The notes under the pieces are model-generated. The model searched no databases. It had not been told where the DNA came from and was given only the letters and a program-made list of their open reading frames with translations. Source: Bacteroidaceae bacterium (GTDB taxonomy: Bacteria > Bacteroidota > Bacteroidia > Bacteroidales > Bacteroidaceae). From it: a DNA stretch of 64,000 nt. Below are positions 26,793-33,470 of this stretch, piece after piece. Position numbers and translations under genes: made by a program. Location: positions 1,104-65,103 of the forward strand of contig CAAGKZ010000045.1 in the NCBI GenBank assembly GCA_900770665.1. Direction: 5' to 3'. The first letter of the stretch is position 1; every line of letters begins with the position of its first letter.

Positions 26793-28687
26793 CAATAGTC
26801 GAGATATGTGTATCCGTACAATCCCGAGCGGTAGTTCGAGAGGAACTCCTTGCCCTCCTCCAGAGTTATGCGTCCGTCCTTCACGGCGCTTGTTACCCAA
26901 CGCTCGAGTGTGCGCACAAGCTTGCGTGCATCGTACTGCACGTAGTCGAGCACGTCGGCGATTGTCTCGCCATCAATAATCTTGTCAATGTGGTAACCCT
27001 CGTCGTCAACACTCACGTGTACGGCATTGGTGTCGCCAAAGAGGTTGTGCATGTCGCCAAGAATCTCTTGGTATGCACCTACAAGGAATACACCCAAGTA
27101 GTACGATTCATTTGACTTCACACGGTGAACCTTCAAAGAGTCGGCCTTGCTGTTGTAGTATATGAAGTCGGTAATCTTTCCGTCACTGTCGCAGGTCATG
27201 TCCTGGATGGTACAGCTGCGGTCGGGGCGCTCGTCGAGGCGGTGGATTGGCATGATGGGGAAGAACTGGTCGATACCCCAACTGTCGGGCAGGCTCTGGA
27301 ACAGTGAGAAGTTGCAGAAATACTTGTCGGCAAGCAGTTTGGGAAGTTTGCGGAAATCGTCGGGCACATGCTTCATGTTCTTTGCAATGGCCAGAATTTC
27401 GCGTGTCACACTCCAGAACATACTCTCAATCTGTGCGCGTGTCTTCAGGTCAACGATACCGTGGCTGAAGAGCTCTAGTGCCTCCTCACGTATCTGCTGG
27501 GCATCGTGCAGCGCCTCGAGCATTGTGCGCTGGTCGAGTTCGCACCAAATCTTGTATAGCTCTTTTGCAAGTTCGTGGTCGTTTGCCGCAACCTCCCAAT
27601 CCTCGTCCATCTGTGGCAGGGCTGCAGTCTCAAGCACCTCAAAGATGAGTACCGCGTGGTGAGCCGACACGGAGCGACCACTCTCGGTGATGATGTTGGG
27701 GTGGGGGATACCGTTCTTGTCGGCGGCATCGACCATTGTGTATATGGCATCGTTCACATACTCCTGAATAGAGTAGTTCACACTGCTCTCGCTGCTCGAC
27801 GAGCGTGTACCGTCGTAGTCCACACCCAGGCCACCGCCAATGTCGGTGAACTCGATGTTGTAACCCAGTTTGCGCAGCTGCACGTAGAACTGTGAAGCCT
27901 CGCGCAGGGCTGTCTTTATGTGTCGGATGCGTGTCACCTGGCTGCCTATGTGGAAGTGTATCAGGCGCAGGCAATCCTTTATGTCATATTTTTCAAGAAT
28001 CTCAAGTGCCTCGAGCAATTCACTTGATGTGAGGCCAAACTTGCTTGCGTCGCCTCCGCTCTCCTCCCACTTGCCGCTGCCTTCAGATGCAAGCTTGATG
28101 CGGATACCGATGTTGGGGCGCACGCCCATGCGCTTGCCAATCTTTGCAATGCGTTTGAGTTCGTTGAGTTTCTCCACCACAAGGAAAATGCGGCGTCCCA
28201 TCTTCTGTGCCAACAGGGCAAGCTCAATGTAGCTGTCGTCCTTGTATCCGTTGCAGATGATTAGCGAGTCGCTGTCGGTGTTCATGGCTATGACAGCGTG
28301 CAATTCGGGCTTTGAGCCGGCCTCAAGACCAATGTTGTAGCGCTTGCCGTGGCTTGTGATTTCCTCCACCACAGGGCGCATCTGGTTTACCTTGATGGGG
28401 TAGACAATGAAGTTCTCGCCCTTGTAGCTGTACTCCTCGGCTGCAATCTTGAAACAGCCCGCAATCTTCTCGATGCGGTTGTCAAGGATGTCCGGGAAAC
28501 GTACAAGCACCGGAGCTGCCACGTCACGCAGCTGCAGTTCGTCCATTAACTCCTTGAGGTCAACCTGTACACTGTCCTTCTTTGGTGTCACGGCAACGTG
28601 ACCCTTCTCGTTGATACTGAAATAGGATGCTCCCCAACCGTTGATGTTGTAGAGATCCTCCGAGTCCTCAATGCGCCATTTTTTCAT
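26792..28687 (-). CDS. speA: biosynthetic arginine decarboxylase
   Basis: 631 aa. The N-terminus (WRIEDSEDLYNINGWGASYFSINEKGHV) and overall length are typical of SpeA. Confidence 0.95.
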   Translation of the reverse strand: MKKWRIEDSEDLYNINGWGASYFSINEKGHVAVTPKKDSVQVDLKELMDELQLRDVAAPVLVRFPDILDNRIEKIAGCFKIAAEEYSYKGENFIVYPIKVNQMRPVVEEITSHGKRYNIGLEAGSKPELHAVIAMNTDSDSLIICNGYKDDSYIELALLAQKMGRRIFLVVEKLNELKRIAKIGKRMGVRPNIGIRIKLASEGSGKWEESGGDASKFGLTSSELLEALEILEKYDIKDCLRLIHFHIGSQVTRIRHIKTALREASQFYVQLRKLGYNIEFTDIGGGLGVDYDGTRSSSSESSVNYSIQEYVNDAIYTMVDAADKNGIPHPNIITESGRSVSAHHAVLIFEVLETAALPQMDEDWEVAANDHELAKELYKIWCELDQRTMLEALHDAQQIREEALELFSHGIVDLKTRAQIESMFWSVTREILAIAKNMKHVPDDFRKLPKLLADKYFCNFSLFQSLPDSWGIDQFFPIMPIHRLDERPDRSCTIQDMTCDSDGKITDFIYYNSKADSLKVHRVKSNESYYLGVFLVGAYQEILGDMHNLFGDTNAVHVSVDDEGYHIDKIIDGETIADVLDYVQYDARKLVRTLERWVTSAVKDGRITLEEGKEFLSNYRSGLYGYTYLDY

Positions 28688-28746
28688 CTTTTAAGTGGTG
28701 TTTGATGTCGGGGTTATCAATGGTGTTTATTTTGTCTCTCTTTTTC

Positions 28747-29274
28747 TTATACTCCAAACTCGCGGCGGAATGCTTCAACCGATTCCTTAACCTGCATTGT
28801 ATCCTCAAGCCTGTCGGCCTTGAACGAATACTGCGCCTTGCTGTAGTGCGGTGCGCGTTTCTCCAACTGCTCGATGATGAATGTCATCAGCTCCTCATCG
28901 TTCTTGTCCTTTATGAGCGGCCGTTTGCTGCGGGCAATGCTCAACCTTATGTGGAGCCTCTCCACCGGCACGTCAAGGTAGACCGTCGTTCCCTGTGCGT
29001 TCATGTACTCGATGTTGTCAAAGAAGCATGGTGTGCCACCGCCTGTGGAAATTATCACATCCTCAAACTCGCCCACCTCGTGCAGCATCCTGCGCTCAAT
29101 TTCTCGGAATCCCTCCTCGCCCTTTTCGGCGAACAGCTGTGCGATGGTCTTGCAGTGGCGGTTCTCGATGTAGTGGTCGAGGTCAATGAACGGAATTCCC
29201 ATTTCTGCGGCCAATGCCCGACCAAGCGTTGTCTTGCCCGAGCCCATGTATCCGGTCAGGAATATGCGTGTCAT
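28747..29274 (-). CDS. aroK: shikimate kinase
   Basis: 175 aa with P-loop GYMGSGKTT and a GGGTP motif. Its start overlaps the topA stop (ATGA). Confidence 0.93.
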   Translation of the reverse strand: MTRIFLTGYMGSGKTTLGRALAAEMGIPFIDLDHYIENRHCKTIAQLFAEKGEEGFREIERRMLHEVGEFEDVIISTGGGTPCFFDNIEYMNAQGTTVYLDVPVERLHIRLSIARSKRPLIKDKNDEELMTFIIEQLEKRAPHYSKAQYSFKADRLEDTMQVKESVEAFRREFGV

Positions 29275-31607
29275 TTGCTCTTCTTTGTATATCTTCTCTT
29301 GGCCGGAGCCTTGCCGCCCTCCTGCTGCTTGCTTACAATCTCAAGGCACTCTTGTAATGTGAGTTCTGCAGGGGTTACAGTCTTTGGCAACTTGTAGTTG
29401 CTTCCCTTGTAGGCAATGTATGGGCCAAAGCGGCCGTTCAGCACCTGCAATTCGGGCTCCTCGTCAAATGTCTTTATTATTCTCTCGGCTTCGCTCTTGC
29501 GTTTTGCCTCAATTAGCTCTGTAGCCTCTTCAAGGGTAACGGAAAGCGGGTCGTGTGTCTTTGGCAGCGAAACGTATGCATCGCCTACCTTTATGTATGC
29601 GCCAAAACGACCGGCACCAATTGTTATCGTCTGTCCGTCGAGTTCGCCAAGTGTGCGTGGCAGGCTGAACAGACCAAGAGCTTCTTCAAGAGTGATGGTC
29701 TCCAGTGTCTGGCCGGGTTTCATCTGTGCAAAGCGTGGTTTCTCCTCGTCGCTTGCCGAACCAATCTGTACGATGGGGCCGAAGCGTCCGATTTTTACCG
29801 ATACGGGCTTGCCGCTTGCAGGGTCGTTGCCAAGCACGCGCTCGCCCACCTTATGTTCCTTCTTTGTCTGTATGATGCTGTCCACCTTAGGCCCAAACTC
29901 CTTGTAGAATACCGATATGTGCTCGGCCCAATGTCTCTTGCCGTCGGCAATCTCATCGAACTCTTTCTCCACAGTTGCTGTGAAGTTGTAGTCCATTATT
30001 TCGGGGAAGTACTCGAAGAGGAAGTCATTCACAACAATACCGATGTCGGTCGGCAACAGCTTAGCCTTCTCGGCACCCACAGTCTCCTTGCCCTCTTTGG
30101 TCGTGATTTTTCCGTTCTTCAGTGTAATGATATTGTATTTACGTGTCTCGCCTGTCTTGTTGCCCTTCTCCACATATCCGCGCTGCTGTATTGTACTGAT
30201 TGTAGGTGCGTATGTTGACGGGCGGCCGATGCCGAGCTCCTCGAGCTTGCGCACAAGGCTTGCCTCGGTGTAGCGTGGAAGGTGCTGTGTGAAGCGTTCT
30301 GTTGCCACAATCTCTTTTGTGGTGAGCATGTCGCCCTTGTGCACTGCGGGGATTGCCGGCAGGTCGCCGTTGTTCTCGTCGTCGGTACTCTCGCGGTAAA
30401 CCTTGATGAAACCGTCGAAAACAGTCACTTCGCCTGTTGCCACGAATGTCTCGCTGTGGCCGCTGATGGCAATGTTCACTGTTGTCTTCTCAACCTGTGC
30501 ATCGGCCATCTGTGAGGCACAGGTGCGCTTCCAAATAAGCTCATACAATCTCTTTTCGGGAACGGTTCCTTCTATTGTTATATTGCTCATGTATGTTGGG
30601 CGGATGGCCTCGTGAGCCTCCTGTGCACCCTTTGTGCGGGTTGCGTAGTTGCGGCTCTTGTGATACTCCTTGCCGAACATTTCGGTGACCACATCTTTGC
30701 ATGAACCAATGCACAATGATGAAAGGTTTACCGAGTCGGTACGCATGTATGTGATGTATCCCGATTCGTAGAGTCTCTGTGCCACCATCATGGTCTGCGA
30801 CACTGTGAAACCGAGCTTGCGTGCAGCCTCCTGTTGCAGTGTCGATGTAGTGAACGGCGCAGCCGGGCTTTTTTTCAGTGGTTTGGTGCTTACATCCTCG
30901 ATTGTGAATGTGCTCTCCTTGCATGTAGCGAGGAATGCTTCGGCCTCCTCCTTTGTCTTGAAACGTTTTGATAGCTCGGTGCTGAGTATGTTGTTCTCGC
31001 CGTCCTCGCCGGGGAGTTCGAATTGTGCTGTCACGCGGTATCCACTCTCGCTCACGAACTTGTTGATTTCGCGTTCGCGCTCAACGATGAGTCGCACTGT
31101 AACGCTCTGTACGCGACCGGCCGAAAGGGCTGGCTTTACCTTGCGCCAAAGTACCGGAGATAACTTGAAACCTACTATACGGTCAAGCACACGGCGTGCC
31201 TGCTGTGCATACACCAGGTTGATGTCAATCTCCCTTGGATTCTCAATGGCTGCCTGGATGGCATTCTTGGTAATCTCGTGGAATACTATGCGTTTTGTCT
31301 TTTCGGGGGTCAGTCCAAGTTCGGTGAACAGGTGCCAGCTGATGGCCTCTCCCTCGCGGTCCTCATCGGATGCCAACCAAACCATCTCGGCCTTCTTTAC
31401 TTCGCTCCTGAGGCTGTTTACCAACTTCTCCTTCTCTGCCGGAATTTCATAAAGTGGTTCAAAGGTCTCAGTGTTTATACTGAACTCCTTCTTCTTCAAA
31501 TCACAGATGTGTCCGTAGCTGGACAGAACCTTGTACTCCTTGCCAAGAAACTTCTCAATTGTCTTTGCCTTGGCGGGTGACTCAACTATTACTAAATTTT
31601 TATACAT
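29271..31607 (-). CDS. topA: DNA topoisomerase I (type IA)
   Basis: Toprim start LVIVESPAKAKTIEKFLG, active-site Tyr region YITYMRTDS, and C-terminal GRFGPY/GRFGAY repeats. Confidence 0.95.
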   Translation of the reverse strand: MYKNLVIVESPAKAKTIEKFLGKEYKVLSSYGHICDLKKKEFSINTETFEPLYEIPAEKEKLVNSLRSEVKKAEMVWLASDEDREGEAISWHLFTELGLTPEKTKRIVFHEITKNAIQAAIENPREIDINLVYAQQARRVLDRIVGFKLSPVLWRKVKPALSAGRVQSVTVRLIVEREREINKFVSESGYRVTAQFELPGEDGENNILSTELSKRFKTKEEAEAFLATCKESTFTIEDVSTKPLKKSPAAPFTTSTLQQEAARKLGFTVSQTMMVAQRLYESGYITYMRTDSVNLSSLCIGSCKDVVTEMFGKEYHKSRNYATRTKGAQEAHEAIRPTYMSNITIEGTVPEKRLYELIWKRTCASQMADAQVEKTTVNIAISGHSETFVATGEVTVFDGFIKVYRESTDDENNGDLPAIPAVHKGDMLTTKEIVATERFTQHLPRYTEASLVRKLEELGIGRPSTYAPTISTIQQRGYVEKGNKTGETRKYNIITLKNGKITTKEGKETVGAEKAKLLPTDIGIVVNDFLFEYFPEIMDYNFTATVEKEFDEIADGKRHWAEHISVFYKEFGPKVDSIIQTKKEHKVGERVLGNDPASGKPVSVKIGRFGPIVQIGSASDEEKPRFAQMKPGQTLETITLEEALGLFSLPRTLGELDGQTITIGAGRFGAYIKVGDAYVSLPKTHDPLSVTLEEATELIEAKRKSEAERIIKTFDEEPELQVLNGRFGPYIAYKGSNYKLPKTVTPAELTLQECLEIVSKQQEGGKAPAKRRYTKKSK

Positions 31608-31635
31608 GGTGCTGGAACACGTTTCATTTTAGCCG

Positions 31636-31643
31636 CAAAAGTA
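31636..31643 (-). promoter_or_regulatory. -7 promoter box (TAnnTTTG) for topA
   Basis: The minus strand reads TACTTTTG, 28 nt upstream of the topA ATG. Confidence 0.45.
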
Positions 31644-31734
31644 GAAAAGTTTCCCGTATATTAAAATCAAAAAATCGAAAAAAATGAAAAGATTTTCTAC
31701 ACATTTCCCCTAAAATAATATATTATTTTAAAAA

Positions 31735-31766
31735 GGTGAAAGCTGCGAGTACTCGCAGCTTTCACC
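31735..31766 (-). terminator. intrinsic terminator (perfect 32-nt palindrome) after the 31826-33466 barrel gene
   Basis: GGTGAAAGCTGCGAGT/ACTCGCAGCTTTCACC forms perfect 16+16 arms. UUUU follows on the minus strand. Confidence 0.75.
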
Positions 31767-31821
31767 TTTCACCTTTTACCTTTCACCTTTCAGTTTTCAG
31801 TTTTCAGTTTTGAGTTTTCAC
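31759..31821 (-). repeat. microsatellite: 9 heptads of (C/G)TGAAA(A/G) type (read on the minus strand), merging into the terminator stem
   Basis: The plus strand reads CTTTCAC CTTTCAC CTTTTAC CTTTCAC CTTTCAG TTTTCAG TTTTCAG TTTTGAG TTTTCAC. The array starts 5 nt after the stop codon of the upstream minus-strand gene. Confidence 0.95.
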
Positions 31822-31825
31822 CTTC

Positions 31826-33466
31826 TTAGAAGTTCACCGTTGCTCCAAGCGAACCTCGTGCGCCGCGGGTCGCGTATCCTGCATAGTCGTAATATTTGCA
31901 GTTGAGCAGGTTGTTGCCCTGTATGTATGCTCCAAAACGCTTGTTTATCTGGTAGCTTATGCGCGCATGCAAATCGTGCTTGTCGTCCATGCGTCCGTTG
32001 TCGGTCTTTGTGTAGAGTGTGTAGTTATATCCTACTTTCAAAGTCAGGTCTTCAATTATTCTTGCTTCGGCATTAAGGTTTACGGCAACCTCGGGTTTCA
32101 TAATCAGCAGGGTGTTCTCCTTGCAATCCCAATAGTTGTATCTTGCGTCGGCCGATAGTTTCAGCCATCCGCGCAGGTCATACCCCAGGTTCAGTGCTGC
32201 AAAAGCATGGTGTGTGTTATCCTGTGCAAAGTTTGAGTAAACAAGACCATCCTTTTGCTCCATTACCTGTATTATGTCGTCCTTTGTGTAGGCATATCCT
32301 GCACTGAAGCCAATCGACAGCGGCTCGAACGATATTCGTGTGCCAAGGTTCACATCTACAATCCTGTATGTGGGCTTCAATCTTGTGCTGCCACCCTCAA
32401 CGAAACCCCAATAGGGGGTAAGCTCCTGCATTCTTGCAAAACCATTGTTTGTCCTGCCGCCTGTGATGCTGCCATATACCGATATGTTATCCTTTATATT
32501 GCTTGCAACCTTTATATCGGGAGCTATTGCGAAGAATCCTCTTCCACGGGTGAGGAAATTCATTTTTACACCGGCCCCGATACTCCATTTTCCGAATATG
32601 AGTCCCAAATGCGGGTTTGCATCTATCGAGAAATAGCTGTCATAGCCTTCATTTGCATTTTTCAAGGTGCCGTTGTAGGTATATGCATCCATATTAAGGT
32701 CAATGCCGGCACTGTTTATCCATTTTGCCAGAATCTCATAGTTGACAGCACCACCTACGGCGTAGCGCATTTCGCCGATGGGAGCTTTCTTGCCCGATGA
32801 CCAGTTGCGTGTGATATATTCAAAGTCGCCTTTGAAATTGTATGACCAGGCTCCCGAAAGCTTTGACGTTCCGTTTATGGTTACTTTGTAATCCTGTCCG
32901 TCCTGTTTGTCTGTGAGGCCTGTTGTATTATCAATGCTCTGATAGTTGAAGACGTTGTTCTTGAAATCTCCGTCAATGCCTAGCGTGATACCCTTGAAGT
33001 CATACGTGTATCCAATGCCGGCCAAAGTCTTGAACATTCGTGAATTCCACTCATCTGTATATCCATTGACCATGCAGCTGTAACCGTCAAATCCGGCATA
33101 AGCCTTGAATGTGCCGTTCTTGCCCAGCCTGTTGTTGTAGGCGAACTTTGCATCCATGTCGTTTGTAAGGCCATATCCAAGGCGTGCATATCCGGGGAAT
33201 GGTTTCTCCTTTTGTGGCATAACGTCTGTTATGTCTGTCTCACTGGTGAAACCGTTGTATGCCTTGCCGGTCTTTGAGAATATCAAAGTCATGGGGTCAT
33301 CGTTTGTGACGGTTTCATCCGAAGGCGTGAAAATCTTCTTTTCGGCCGCAGTGACCTCGGGGGTGTAGTCGTTCTCTACATTCACCACGGCATTTCTGTT
33401 GTCAGTCTGCGCTGTAACGACCCCGGACAGGAAGAATGCCGAAATCAGTAAAAGAGTTTTCTTCAT
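31826..33466 (-). CDS. hypothetical outer-membrane beta-barrel (putative porin-like)
   Basis: Signal peptide MKKTLLLISAFFLSGVVTA/Q, long alternating beta-strand patterns rich in Y/G/N, and a C-terminal ...GATVNF with terminal Phe. No TonB plug motif recognised. The start is 4 nt after the TPR gene stop. Confidence 0.6.
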   Translation of the reverse strand: MKKTLLLISAFFLSGVVTAQTDNRNAVVNVENDYTPEVTAAEKKIFTPSDETVTNDDPMTLIFSKTGKAYNGFTSETDITDVMPQKEKPFPGYARLGYGLTNDMDAKFAYNNRLGKNGTFKAYAGFDGYSCMVNGYTDEWNSRMFKTLAGIGYTYDFKGITLGIDGDFKNNVFNYQSIDNTTGLTDKQDGQDYKVTINGTSKLSGAWSYNFKGDFEYITRNWSSGKKAPIGEMRYAVGGAVNYEILAKWINSAGIDLNMDAYTYNGTLKNANEGYDSYFSIDANPHLGLIFGKWSIGAGVKMNFLTRGRGFFAIAPDIKVASNIKDNISVYGSITGGRTNNGFARMQELTPYWGFVEGGSTRLKPTYRIVDVNLGTRISFEPLSIGFSAGYAYTKDDIIQVMEQKDGLVYSNFAQDNTHHAFAALNLGYDLRGWLKLSADARYNYWDCKENTLLIMKPEVAVNLNAEARIIEDLTLKVGYNYTLYTKTDNGRMDDKHDLHARISYQINKRFGAYIQGNNLLNCKYYDYAGYATRGARGSLGATVNF

Positions 33467-33470
33467 ATTC

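Noticed and set aside
28702-29397. 231-aa + strand ORF
   Set aside because: It is antisense to aroK and the 3' end of topA, both unambiguous. Its composition is Cys/Leu/His-rich and shadow-like, and it spans a gene junction.
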